Shown: positions 46,227 through 55,865, counted from the stretch's first letter. The stretch: DNA of 64,000 nt from Candidatus Onthoplasma sp. (GCA_045633705.1 JAZQYV010000012.1:18057-82056), one strand, 5' to 3'. Made by a program: numbers and translations. The notes: a model not told the origin generated them from the letters alone.

Positions 46227-47256
46227 TTTTAAACTTATATAACACCTTTAATATCCCCAGTTTTTTCTTATACACCAACCAGTCAATCATTTTATCTCTA
46301 AAACTTCTTTTTTGTTTACAATAAATTTTGTATCCAGTTTTGTTAATTTTAAATACTTCGTCTATCTCATTTTTCTTGTTCTTATATATATCTAAATTTT
46401 GCGATGCGGCTATTCCTAAAATCACTTCTTTATATCGCGCAAATTTATATCCATATAAATCCTGTTCGTCAACCTTATTCTTCAAAACATCAAAAACTCT
46501 TTTAGCAAATTCTATGCGCTTTGCTATTTTTTCTTCATTCATAACCGTCATAGTACTACCCTCACGGATTAAATAGTTGTACAAATGTTCGTTAACATAT
46601 GAAATCTTTACATCCGGGCTAACTAATGAACAATTAAATAAGAAATCTTCACCAATAGTTTGGTTTTCAAATCTTTTATCTCCAATAATATTTTTGCTGT
46701 ATAAACACGACCATATATTGGGCGCTATATTCCCTGTTACAATTACATTCCCACTTTTTATATATGTTCCACTTATATAATAATTTATGATATTAGCAGA
46801 GTTTATCTTGGCTAAATTATTTTCAATTACCGGTATTACCTCGCCATTCTCATACACCCTATTATACATACATCTAACAATATCCGCATTGTTTTGAATT
46901 GCTGTCTTTATCAGCTTTTCATACATTGTTGTATCAATGTAATCATCGCTATCAACAAATGCTATATATTCCCCATTGGCTATATCCAATGCCATATTCC
47001 TGGCACTGACCTGACCGCCATTTTCTTTATGTATAACCTTGATTCTGTCATCTTTCTTTGCCCATTCATCACATATTTGTGGACAATTGTCAGGGCTGCC
47101 ATCATCTACTAAAATTATCTCTAGGTTTTTATATGTTTGATTTACAATACTCTCAACACATTTATTTAAGTATTTTTCTACTTTATATACCGGAACTATA
47201 ATTGAAATTTTATCCACTGTAACAATCTCCTTACTTTTGGTTATAAACCATATCAA
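46216..47256 (-). CDS. glycosyltransferase family 2
   Basis: Motifs ISIIVPVYKVEKYL, VDDGSPD and VDSDD. Confidence 0.9.
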   Translation of the reverse strand: MIWFITKSKEIVTVDKISIIVPVYKVEKYLNKCVESIVNQTYKNLEIILVDDGSPDNCPQICDEWAKKDDRIKVIHKENGGQVSARNMALDIANGEYIAFVDSDDYIDTTMYEKLIKTAIQNNADIVRCMYNRVYENGEVIPVIENNLAKINSANIINYYISGTYIKSGNVIVTGNIAPNIWSCLYSKNIIGDKRFENQTIGEDFLFNCSLVSPDVKISYVNEHLYNYLIREGSTMTVMNEEKIAKRIEFAKRVFDVLKNKVDEQDLYGYKFARYKEVILGIAASQNLDIYKNKKNEIDEVFKINKTGYKIYCKQKRSFRDKMIDWLVYKKKLGILKVLYKFKNGK

Positions 47257-48403
47257 AGAACTTATCTTTTATTTTTTCATTATCAAAATTATATGAACTT
47301 GTCTTGTGTTTGATGCTAGTAATCTTATTTTTATTATCTATAACTTGTTTTAATTTATTATAAATATCATCTTCATTATTTTCGCAAACACATTCTTTAT
47401 CTTCTATAATTTCGTCTACCGAACAAACCTTTGTTGTTAATACCGGCACACTTAAAATCATCGCCTCAATCAACACCAATCCCCACGATTCGAAATATGA
47501 GCCTAAATATAATAAATCGGCTGATTTAATATATGGATAAGGATTAGATTTGCTTCCATACAATTTTACATATTCGGACATGTCGTTTTCAGTTATATAA
47601 TTTTCAACATTTCTTTTATCAATACCATCTCCTATAATATGCCAAACAAAATCATATCCCTCTTCATGTAATTTTTTTAACACTTTTAAAGACCTTGTAT
47701 ATCCTTTAACCGCATCAACAATTCTTGATACAGACACCAAATTGAAAGTTGTTGGATAATCAACCTCAAATTGCGTAGATAATTCTTTAATCTTTTCAAC
47801 GTTTTGAAAATTATATAAATAATCTACCTTATTGGCAAATTGGGGATACGCTGTTTTAAAAACTTCTGCTGAAGCTTTTGAAACGCATAATATCTTATCG
47901 AATTTTTCATATTGTTTTAGGGCGCATTTATTTATAGGATATTTGCTCACATCTTCATGAACATATACCCATTTTTTATTTGCTTTAACTTTCTTTAATG
48001 CAAGTTCACAGCAAACTTCATCCTGTCCGCAATAGCATAAAGATAAGTCGTATTGTTTTTTTAACTTTTTAGTTGTAAACAATGCAATAAATGATAAGAA
48101 CTTACGAATCCCCAGTTTATTATAAATAAATTTTGCAAACTTCCTAAATTTACTTGAAGGCTTTGAAGTTGTTGCTGAACCAAATCCTTTAACCGAACCG
48201 CTAAATTTAACCAACCCATTCCCTTCATACACTTTAATATCTTCCGGAAGTCTGTCCTTTAATTCACCCTCATAATTGCAAATATAGGCCTCTATATCAA
48301 CATCTTCTTCCATTGCTTTTATAAAATTCAAAAAAGACGTTTCAATCCCTCCCGGATTTAAACTTCTATTAACTATTAACATTTTAACTGATTTATTATT
48401 CAA
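47231..48403 (-). CDS. glycosyltransferase family 4 (GT-B)
   Basis: EX7E motif ESWGLVLIEAM. The start is uncertain (TTG 48403 or ATG 48382). Confidence 0.85.
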   Translation of the reverse strand: MNNKSVKMLIVNRSLNPGGIETSFLNFIKAMEEDVDIEAYICNYEGELKDRLPEDIKVYEGNGLVKFSGSVKGFGSATTSKPSSKFRKFAKFIYNKLGIRKFLSFIALFTTKKLKKQYDLSLCYCGQDEVCCELALKKVKANKKWVYVHEDVSKYPINKCALKQYEKFDKILCVSKASAEVFKTAYPQFANKVDYLYNFQNVEKIKELSTQFEVDYPTTFNLVSVSRIVDAVKGYTRSLKVLKKLHEEGYDFVWHIIGDGIDKRNVENYITENDMSEYVKLYGSKSNPYPYIKSADLLYLGSYFESWGLVLIEAMILSVPVLTTKVCSVDEIIEDKECVCENNEDDIYNKLKQVIDNKNKITSIKHKTSSYNFDNEKIKDKFFDMVYNQK

Positions 48404-48412
48404 ATTATCTAT

Positions 48413-49147
48413 CTACCTTTTTAGTTTACTATACATCTTCCCCGCCAAACCAAATGTGCATATGTTTGCAATCTTTTTAATTTTGCTCATAAACTTTTGT
48501 TTTGGTGTATACCAAGACGCATTATACCAATGAATCGAATACGTGTTTTGTGTTGTTTTTTTCTTATTTGTAACAACATCTATTGGGCTAAAATACTCTG
48601 ATGCATAAAATCTTGTATTGCCAATTGTTTGGTTTTTATTTTCACGGCTTAAACCCTTTTGTGCAAAATATTTAGTAAACACTTCGCAAACCGTAAGCCC
48701 CATTAAATTATTTATATCAAACTTTAAACCCTTATATATTTGCAGTATGTTTTTTAAGTCCTCATTGCCTTGATTGCTTGCAATAAACAATCCGGGGTTT
48801 AATAAATTTGAAGTTTCAAAACCCATAACACAATCAGCATCTTCCAAAATATTATCGATTGGCTTAATCAACTCAACATCCACGTCAAAATATATTCCGC
48901 CATAAGTATATAAAATTTCAGTACGCAACACATCTGATGCAAACGCATATTTCTTGTTATCTAGTGCATCTTTTACAAACTGATATTTGCTTAAATCAAG
49001 ATTACTTTCGTCCCAACGCTTTATCTCATAATCTGGACAAAACTTTTTCCAACTTTCAATACATTTTTCTGCAATCTTAGGCAATTCTTTACCGCCAAGC
49101 CAAATATAATGAATAATTTTAGGTATCACAACATATTCTCCTTGCAT
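48413..49147 (-). CDS. glycosyltransferase with DXD sugar-binding region (OCH1/Gly_transf_sug-like)
   Basis: IPKIIHYIWLGG and YFDVDVE motifs. An alternative GTG start lies 18 nt downstream, after AAGGAG. Confidence 0.75.
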   Translation of the reverse strand: MQGEYVVIPKIIHYIWLGGKELPKIAEKCIESWKKFCPDYEIKRWDESNLDLSKYQFVKDALDNKKYAFASDVLRTEILYTYGGIYFDVDVELIKPIDNILEDADCVMGFETSNLLNPGLFIASNQGNEDLKNILQIYKGLKFDINNLMGLTVCEVFTKYFAQKGLSRENKNQTIGNTRFYASEYFSPIDVVTNKKKTTQNTYSIHWYNASWYTPKQKFMSKIKKIANICTFGLAGKMYSKLKR

Positions 49148-49185
49148 TGATTATAGCACAATTTGTAAAAATTCCAAAATGATAA

Positions 49186-49228
49186 TACAAAAAATCCTAA
49201 ATCAATTTTAATATGACTTAGGATTTTA
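49186..49228 (-). terminator. desulfoferrodoxin terminator
   Basis: AATCCTAA...TTAGGATT hairpin followed by a T-run on the minus strand. Confidence 0.6.
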
Positions 49229-49236
49229 ATTAAAAT

Positions 49237-49614
49237 TTATTGCGCTTTCCAAAGACCATGCAAGTTGCAATACGCATACACGGCCTCAACCTCATCGTCT
49301 TGACGAATTAAAAATTCAACATAAGGTTTACTATCTGGAATTAAAACCTTTCTTTGGTTTCCTTGTTTGGTTTGTATCGAAACCCACTCAATATAATGCT
49401 CTGCACTCATCGGATGCTCAACCGAACCAACATTAACTTTAACCACATTGTTTACAACTCTATATGTAGGTATATGCTTTTCTGCCGAAGCTTCAACTGT
49501 TCCAGCCACAATTTGTTCCATTTGTCTTCCACAACACATTACCGGCACTCCCGTTTGCTTTACTATTGCAACTATTTGCCCACACACACTACATTTATAA
49601 AATTTTTGCTCCAT
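49237..49614 (-). CDS. dfx: desulfoferrodoxin (superoxide reductase)
   Basis: N-terminal CxxC-x15-CC desulforedoxin site, and centre II ligands EKHIP, HPM..EHYIEW and CNLHGLW. Confidence 0.9.
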   Translation of the reverse strand: MEQKFYKCSVCGQIVAIVKQTGVPVMCCGRQMEQIVAGTVEASAEKHIPTYRVVNNVVKVNVGSVEHPMSAEHYIEWVSIQTKQGNQRKVLIPDSKPYVEFLIRQDDEVEAVYAYCNLHGLWKAQ

Positions 49615-49685
49615 TCTTTTCCTCCATAAGTTTATTATATCATAAGCTTTTTAAAAATGCCAAGCCTTTATAGTAAAAACAAAAA

Positions 49686-50471
49686 TTAATCAACATCAAC
49701 GCCTTTATTAAGCTCTTTTTTTGTCAACAAATAAAATAATGCTGTAATAACTGAATACACCATAATACCGGTTATAAGCACGCTAATAAATGTCGAACTT
49801 GAAAGAACTAGAGTGGTGCTTGAAAGCTTTACTCCATTAATAAGCAGTACAATAATCATCATAATAGAAAGAGCTGTAAGCGCGGCAAACGACATTAATG
49901 CAGTTATTAAAAATGTTTTTAACACTCTCTTTTCCTTTGTTCTATATGCAACGACCATTGAAAAGTAAATAATTGCAATAAACATTAAAAACTCAACAAC
50001 AACCAATACAATAAATAAAGTTATTATACCAAATAACGAAACCTTGCCCAAAACAACTGTTGAAATTAAAAGCCTTAAGGTCTCAAAAAATGAAGATGAA
50101 TAAAACATAATTAAAAGCGAAACAACCAAAGTTGCAAATCCTAAAACTATCTCAATTATGGCAGTCAAAAACTTTGAATTAACCAATTGACTCTTTGTAA
50201 CCGGAAGTGTGTGCGTTAAATATGATTCATCACCATACATCGACTTTGAAAAATTTAAAAAATTTCTTAAAAATGGGTGCAGAATGACATTTACCGCCAA
50301 AGCGTAAAACACGGAATCAAAGAAAATACCAAGAATTTTAAAAAACACCATGTTCTCGCCAAGTTCCTTACATCCACGCGTCACACACGCCACCATAATT
50401 GTCGTCACAAACAAAATCCACATCCAACGCATATTCTTTTTTAGGTCATTTTTTAGTAACTTACTTAACAT
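49686..50471 (-). CDS. ABC-2-type transporter permease-like membrane protein
   Basis: Start set at the ATG after GGAGGAAATTTT, overlapping the ATPase stop by 11 nt. Six TM segments. Confidence 0.6.
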   Translation of the reverse strand: MLSKLLKNDLKKNMRWMWILFVTTIMVACVTRGCKELGENMVFFKILGIFFDSVFYALAVNVILHPFLRNFLNFSKSMYGDESYLTHTLPVTKSQLVNSKFLTAIIEIVLGFATLVVSLLIMFYSSSFFETLRLLISTVVLGKVSLFGIITLFIVLVVVEFLMFIAIIYFSMVVAYRTKEKRVLKTFLITALMSFAALTALSIMMIIVLLINGVKLSSTTLVLSSSTFISVLITGIMVYSVITALFYLLTKKELNKGVDVD

Positions 50472-51162
50472 AAAATTTCCTCCTAAATATTTCATCAATC
50501 GAAGCCTTTTCTTTTTTGCGAAGTTCTTCAGCGTCCGCCTTAAGCACAACTTGCCCATCATCAATAAATACAACTTCGTCTAAAATCTTTTCAATATCAG
50601 CAATCATATGCGTTGAAATAAATAATGTTGCTTTCTTATCAAAATTTTTTAATATAGTATTTAAGATATAATCCCTGCTTGCAGGGTCCACCCCTCCAAG
50701 AGGTTCATCTAAAATATATATTTTAGCTTTTCTGCTCATCACCAATACTAACTGGACCTTTTCTTTCATCCCCTTACTCATTTTAGAAAGTCGCATATCC
50801 AGGTCTAGCTCTAATTCATTTAACAACCTTTCAGCCTTGGCTTTATCAAAATCTTCATAAAAGGTTTCAAATAATTTAACGGCTTCACACACCTTTAAAC
50901 TTGAATCCAAATATGTACGCTCTGGAAGATATGAAACAACCTTTTTACTTTCAACTCCAATATGCTTTCCATCAACCAAAATCTCTCCACTTGAAAGTGT
51001 AAGCAAATCATTTGCCAGTTTAAAAAGAGTAGACTTTCCGCTACCATTCTTACCCAACAGCCCCACAATCTTTCCAGACTCTATCTTGAGATTAACATCT
51101 TTTAAAACCTGTTTGTGTCCAAAACTTTTACATACGTCTTTATATTCTAAAACAACACCCAT
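50461..51162 (-). CDS. ABC transporter ATP-binding protein
   Basis: Walker A GKNGSGKST, signature LSKGMKEK and Walker B IYILDEP. Confidence 0.9.
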   Translation of the reverse strand: MGVVLEYKDVCKSFGHKQVLKDVNLKIESGKIVGLLGKNGSGKSTLFKLANDLLTLSSGEILVDGKHIGVESKKVVSYLPERTYLDSSLKVCEAVKLFETFYEDFDKAKAERLLNELELDLDMRLSKMSKGMKEKVQLVLVMSRKAKIYILDEPLGGVDPASRDYILNTILKNFDKKATLFISTHMIADIEKILDEVVFIDDGQVVLKADAEELRKKEKASIDEIFRRKFYVK

Positions 51163-51252
51163 ATTATCCCCTTCTATAGTTTATAATTATTACAATCCTT
51201 GCATTAAACAATCTCAGCGCACCAATACTATATCAATTAGCTTGATTCAAAT

Positions 51253-51459
51253 TTATTGCTTATCTTTGTTTTCAAAAATCTCTTCCATAAAAGCCAAATA
51301 GTTGTCATACTTGCTAATTGCAATACCCTTTTTAATATCTCCAAACAAAATCAAACTATCTCCACTTTTGATATCAAACACTTCTCTTGCCTCTTTAGGT
51401 ATTACAATCTGCCCCTTATCTCCAACTTTAGCCGTCCAAATAAACTTTTCTTTTTTCAT
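51253..51459 (-). CDS. AbrB/MazE/SpoVT family DNA-binding protein
   Basis: Swapped-hairpin motif KVGDKGQIVIPKEAREVFDIKSGD. Confidence 0.8.
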   Translation of the reverse strand: MKKEKFIWTAKVGDKGQIVIPKEAREVFDIKSGDSLILFGDIKKGIAISKYDNYLAFMEEIFENKDKQ

Positions 51460-51580
51460 ACTTTTCCCACCTGTCTAACTTTTCTCACCTTTAGAATATC
51501 ACAACAAAATTATAAAAGTCAAGCAAAAAAACACCTTTGTAAAAATATACAAAAGCGTTTATAATTTGCTTTACATAATA

Positions 51581-51799
51581 TTACTTATCTCTGTTTCTAA
51601 CATATATTGCATGCTTTGTTAAAACAGTAAAGATAAGCCAAATAGTTGCAATTAAAACTAAAATGTAAATAATAATTGAGCCAGCATTGTGTCCACCAAA
51701 AATCCAATCTACAAGATTAAAATTAAAAATTCCAACCAAGCCCCAATTTAATCCACCGATAAACAAAACAATTAAACTTATAATATTGGCAATAATCAT
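51581..51799 (-). CDS. DUF378 family small membrane protein
   Basis: GGLNWGLVG motif and an SD GGGGAGG. Confidence 0.75.
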   Translation of the reverse strand: MIIANIISLIVLFIGGLNWGLVGIFNFNLVDWIFGGHNAGSIIIYILVLIATIWLIFTVLTKHAIYVRNRDK

Positions 51800-51852
51800 A
51801 CAATTACCTCCCCAATATTATTGTTTTCATTTATGATAAATTTATGCAATAT

Positions 51853-51895
51853 AAAAAACAAACCTAATCAAAACGCATAATGTTCGGATTAGGTT
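51853..51895 (-). terminator. hairpin terminator (copy A), homologous to the tRNA-Ser terminator
   Basis: AACCTAATC/GATTAGGTT stem followed by a T-run on the minus strand. Stem differences from copy B are compensatory. Confidence 0.6.
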
Positions 51896-51900
51896 CTGCC

Positions 51901-51917
51901 TGGCGGAGAGTTAGGGG
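51901..51917 (-). repeat. orphan copy of the tRNA-Ser 3' end (T-stem 3' strand + acceptor 3' strand + G73 + CCA)
   Basis: The minus strand reads CCCTAACTCTCCGCCA, identical to the last 16 nt of the tRNA-Ser at 52082-52097. No matching 5' acceptor strand lies upstream. Confidence 0.75.
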
Positions 51918-52030
51918 CGACTCCGTTTAAAAAAGTTGCCCTTTGGCAAGTTTTTAGCACAAAGCGGGAGCAACTTGTTGCGGTCTGGGTCGACAGACCG
52001 AACCCTTTACGGGTCGAATCCCGTCCTAAA
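51918..52030 (-). other. GC-rich structured segment of unknown identity (candidate sRNA or integration scar)
   Basis: It is locally GC-rich in an AT-rich intergenic context. Hairpins are GGTCTG/CAGACC around GTCGAC, ACGGG/CCCGT around a TTCGA-containing loop, and TTGCC/GGCAA followed by T6. Confidence 0.4.
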
Positions 52031-52032
52031 GT

Positions 52033-52077
52033 AAAAAAAATAACCCAATCAAAACACAAACTGTTCGAATTGGGTTA
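52033..52077 (-). terminator. tRNA-Ser terminator (copy B)
   Basis: TAACCCAAT/ATTGGGTTA stem followed by T8 on the minus strand. Confidence 0.65.
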
Positions 52078-52081
52078 TACT

Positions 52082-52169
52082 TGGCGGAGAGTTAGGGATT
52101 CGAACCCCAGGAAGCTCGCACTTCAACGGTTTTCAAGACCGCCGCTTTCGACCGCTCAGCCAACTCTCC
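52082..52169 (-). tRNA. tRNA-Ser (anticodon UGA), class II, CCA encoded
   Basis: I folded an 88-nt cloverleaf by hand. Acceptor is GGAGAGT/ACTCTCC, the anticodon loop is CU-UGA-AA, there is a long variable arm, and the T-loop is TTCGAAT. Confidence 0.9.
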
Positions 52170-52210
52170 ATATTTAGATATGCAAATTGCTCTTTTCAGT
52201 TTGCTTTTTT

Positions 52211-52239
52211 ATTATACATTATTTATCTTGTTATGTCAA
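52211..52239 (-). promoter_or_regulatory. tRNA-Ser promoter (TTGACA-17-TATAAT)
   Basis: Perfect hexamers on the minus strand about 45 nt upstream of the tRNA 5' end. Confidence 0.6.
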
Positions 52240-52480
52240 GTATTTTTTTAAAGTTTTTGATGTAGTGTTAATTTTAATATTAAATCAGCATTTACAACTT
52301 TAACTCCAGACTAAATCACAACCTTTATCAAAACACACTTATATTTTGCCAATTTATCGAAAAATAATAGAAAGATATTGCAAAATTTATAAAAATTAGC
52401 CATTATTGGTGTAGTTTTTGGTAAAATATTGACATTTTTTGTCGACAATCCTATAATTATCACAATCAAATGGAGTGATT

Positions 52481-53212
52481 ATGCATTTTTTAAATTATGA
52501 TGAATTGGTTGAACATTTAATAAACCAACCATCTCAAGCCAGACAATTAGAAGAATTAATTAAATATTTTATTGATAATGTTGAGTATGATTATGTTATG
52601 ATTGAGCATATTAACGAAATTGTAACACCAAAGTTTGCTAAATACACAGATTCACTCTTTCCAAACACCTCGTCCAAATTTAGAGAAAAAGCTATAAACT
52701 ATATGCGCAATTCTTCAAATATGTCCAACGCCTATTGGTCTCGCTTAAGAAAGATTTATCTAACTCCTGAAATTAATATCGATGGCTCAACCCGGCAAGT
52801 TTCAATGATTGAAGCACTAAACTCCATGTCTCCAGAAGTAATTGAATATAATGGATTGCTACGAAAAGGCACATCAGAGCATATTGTACAGTTTGCAAAA
52901 AAGCTTTGCGATGATGTCAATATTCCATGTTTGATTATAAATGGAATATCTAGTGGCAAAATGACACACTTCTGGCTAGATATTAGCGCTGACAACATGG
53001 AATTATTTTACGATATTAGCTACGCAATCTACACGCGAGACAATTTTTGCTGTATGGGCAAAAGGTATTCACAAAAAGATTGGTTAGGCATAACACCAAA
53101 ACAATTATACAAAAATCAGTGCACACGTACAATTATTACACCTCAGGGATTTGACTTGCAAGACTTGGGATTGAATAATCTTCCATTAAAAATGATTGAT
53201 ATTGCCAACTAG
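52481..53212 (+). CDS. hypothetical protein, possibly transglutaminase-like fold
   Basis: Start set at the ATG after GGAG. The segment AKKLCDDVNIPCLIING...THFWLDI...FYDIS loosely resembles the transglutaminase-like core. A TTGACA-17-TATAAT promoter lies upstream. Confidence 0.4.
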   Translation: MHFLNYDELVEHLINQPSQARQLEELIKYFIDNVEYDYVMIEHINEIVTPKFAKYTDSLFPNTSSKFREKAINYMRNSSNMSNAYWSRLRKIYLTPEINIDGSTRQVSMIEALNSMSPEVIEYNGLLRKGTSEHIVQFAKKLCDDVNIPCLIINGISSGKMTHFWLDISADNMELFYDISYAIYTRDNFCCMGKRYSQKDWLGITPKQLYKNQCTRTIITPQGFDLQDLGLNNLPLKMIDIAN

Positions 53213-53241
53213 CATACAGCTGGCAATATTTTTAACCAATA

Positions 53242-54459
53242 CTAATTGTCATACATCCAGTCAACGTACACACCAAAACCTTTGGTCGGGTCGTTAATAA
53301 ACACGTGCGTAACTGCACCAACAAGCTTGTTGTTTTGAATAATTGGACAACCACTCATACCCTGAATAATTCCGCCTGTTTTTTCAATCAACTCTTTGTC
53401 AGTAACCTTAAACACAATGCTTTTGTCATCTGCATTATCTTGATGATTGGTTTTAATTATTTTAATATCATAAGCCTTAACCCCACCATCATCAAGGCAA
53501 GCAAAAATCTTGGCTTTCCCAGGCTTAATGCTCATACGACCACCCAAGCAGTAATCATCAATTAAGTTTAATTTGTTTACATTTAAAATATTTCCGTACA
53601 CGCCATATTTACAATTAGTGTCTGCCACACCTATAGCATCATCAGACAGTTTCATTGTGCTCCTAATTTCGCCAGGAGCATTTTTTGTGCCCTTCTTTAT
53701 TCCTAAAAGGTTGCACAAGTAAACATCTCCTTCTGCAACTTTATAATTATCCCCAAAAGTCGCATCAGTAAGCGAATGTCCCACCGCCCCAAAACGGTTG
53801 TTGTCCTTTTTTACATAAGTAAGCGTACCCACTCCACTAGTGCTATTTTTAACCCACAAACCAAGCTTATATTTTTGTGTGAATATATCTAAAGCTGGTG
53901 TTATGCTACACTTAAATTCTTCATTATCTCTATTAACTGTAATTTCAACATCTTTGCCGGCATATTCAACGCTATTTAAAACCTTATCAATGTCATAAAC
54001 CGATTTAATCTCTTGTCCTTCAATAAATTTAATATTGTCGCCCTCCTTAAGCCCTGACGCAACGATTGGTTCACAACTTCCTTCACGTGTAAACACGGCA
54101 TTTGAACCAACTATTACCACTCCTTCAGTGTTTAAACTAAACCCCACAATGTTGCCGCCAACATATACTTCAGGCGAATTAATAAGTTTGACTTTAACCT
54201 TTTTTAGGGGTAAAAAACCAAACAACTTAATACGCATAGTAGTTGCGGTTACTTCTTCGCCATTAACTGGAATAGTGTTGCTAAGTCCAAACTTAATAAA
54301 TGGCGCAAAGTCGCTACTTTCATTTGCAAACTTAATATCATCAGTTGTTACATACATATTGTTAGGATAGTCAATCGCCTCGTTAATGGGTTGTACCACA
54401 TAAAAATATCCCATTACAAAAAAAGATATGATAAATACAATAAGACCAACTTTCTTCAT
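53242..54459 (-). CDS. spoIVB: SpoIVB peptidase (S55), stage IV sporulation signalling protease
   Basis: N-terminal TM, PDZ region, and catalytic segments FGAVGH and GMSGCPI. Confidence 0.85.
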   Translation of the reverse strand: MKKVGLIVFIISFFVMGYFYVVQPINEAIDYPNNMYVTTDDIKFANESSDFAPFIKFGLSNTIPVNGEEVTATTMRIKLFGFLPLKKVKVKLINSPEVYVGGNIVGFSLNTEGVVIVGSNAVFTREGSCEPIVASGLKEGDNIKFIEGQEIKSVYDIDKVLNSVEYAGKDVEITVNRDNEEFKCSITPALDIFTQKYKLGLWVKNSTSGVGTLTYVKKDNNRFGAVGHSLTDATFGDNYKVAEGDVYLCNLLGIKKGTKNAPGEIRSTMKLSDDAIGVADTNCKYGVYGNILNVNKLNLIDDYCLGGRMSIKPGKAKIFACLDDGGVKAYDIKIIKTNHQDNADDKSIVFKVTDKELIEKTGGIIQGMSGCPIIQNNKLVGAVTHVFINDPTKGFGVYVDWMYDN

Positions 54460-54516
54460 ATTTACTCCATATCTTTTAGTATAAGTTTTATATTAAATTT
54501 TATTCTTTTGACAATT

Positions 54517-54783
54517 TTATTTGTTCAATTCCTTTTCTATAATTTTAGCACTGTCTATAAATATTTCCAATCCAAAATCATCATTAAACATTTCACAAAA
54601 AACATTTCTCATTATTGTTGCAATTTGGTTGTCATCCATCCCTTTACTAATCTTTTGATATATTATTTTACTCTCTTTATCAAATTCATCTTTAGGACAA
54701 CCACCTTCTAGTAAACAATAAACATCAATATTATCAATCTGTTCCTTAATTGTTAAAAACAATTTTGTCTGTTTATAATCCAC
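54517..54783 (-). CDS. small protein, DUF1871-like (tentative)
   Basis: 88 aa. The GGCPKDEFDKE segment resembles the DUF1871 pattern. Confidence 0.4.
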   Translation of the reverse strand: MDYKQTKLFLTIKEQIDNIDVYCLLEGGCPKDEFDKESKIIYQKISKGMDDNQIATIMRNVFCEMFNDDFGLEIFIDSAKIIEKELNK

Positions 54784-54801
54784 TATACTTTACCTCTTTT
54801 G

Positions 54802-55812
54802 CTATAATTCCAAGTTTGCTTTTGGTCCAAGGCTTCCATCGGCAAATGGTTTGCCAAGTAGTACGTCAAAATAAGCACTACTGCCAATCATTGCCGCATT
54901 GTCGGTGCAATATTTTAGGTCTGGAAGATAGCATTTTATACCATTTTGTGCACACTTTGTGGATAACTCTTGTCGTAATAATTTGTTTGCCGATACTCCA
55001 CCAGCAACCACAACCTTATCAAGCCCGCTGTCCAAGGTTGCTTTAATTGTTTTATCCACAAGCTCATCAACTGCACAGCGCTGGAAACTAGCACAAATAT
55101 CGTTAACTGGGATAGTTAAATTCTTTTGTTCTAAGTTGTGAATATAGTTAATAACCGCAGTCTTTTTACCACTAAAACTAAAGTTATAGCCCAAACTATC
55201 ATTTGGTTTTACAAACACAATATTATCCTTGCCAGTTTCGGCACACTTAGATACTTTTGGTCCGCCAGGGTAGCCCAAGCCCATTACACGCGCCACCTTA
55301 TCAAAACTTTCGCCCACCGCGTCATCAAGAGTGTTGCCTACAACCGTATGTTGATTATATTCGTCAACCTTAATAATAGCAGTATGCCCACCACTAACCA
55401 GCAAGCACATAAAAGGCGGTTTTAAATCTGGATATGTAATATAGTTAGATGCAATGTGACCATTAATATGATTAACCGCAATCAAAGGCTTACCTGTTGC
55501 AAACGATAGAGCTTTTGCATAACTAATACCAACCAACAAGCATCCAACCAAGCCAGCACCATAAGTTACCGCAACAGCATCAATATCTTCTAGTGTTTTA
55601 TCAGCTGCTTTAAGCGCTTCCGTAACCACATTATCAATAGCAGTTATATGATTGCGCGATGCAACTTCTGGCACAACCCCACCAAACAATGTATGTATAT
55701 CAATCTGGCTAGACACCACATTGGAAAGAACAGTTCTGCCATCTACCACCACGGCACAACTAGTTTCATCACAACTACTTTCAATTGCTAAAATTGTATA
55801 ATTCTTTTTCAT
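54802..55812 (-). CDS. tsaD: tRNA N6-adenosine threonylcarbamoyltransferase
   Basis: [12 protein letters not shown] start, metal site NHINGH and GGVSAN. Confidence 0.95.
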   Translation of the reverse strand: MKKNYTILAIESSCDETSCAVVVDGRTVLSNVVSSQIDIHTLFGGVVPEVASRNHITAIDNVVTEALKAADKTLEDIDAVAVTYGAGLVGCLLVGISYAKALSFATGKPLIAVNHINGHIASNYITYPDLKPPFMCLLVSGGHTAIIKVDEYNQHTVVGNTLDDAVGESFDKVARVMGLGYPGGPKVSKCAETGKDNIVFVKPNDSLGYNFSFSGKKTAVINYIHNLEQKNLTIPVNDICASFQRCAVDELVDKTIKATLDSGLDKVVVAGGVSANKLLRQELSTKCAQNGIKCYLPDLKYCTDNAAMIGSSAYFDVLLGKPFADGSLGPKANLEL

Positions 55813-55865
55813 ACCCTTATTATATTACAATCTACACCAAAAATCAAGTAGTAAATTATAATCAC

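Noticed and set aside
51918-52030. Tested whether the GC-rich element next to tRNA-Ser is tmRNA, SRP (4.5S) RNA, tRNA-Sec or a second tRNA on either strand.
   Set aside because: It is far too short for tmRNA and has no tag-peptide-like reading frame. It lacks the SRP domain IV GGAA/AGCA motif. No 5' acceptor strand is complementary to ACTCTCC, and no 7-nt anticodon loop could be folded.
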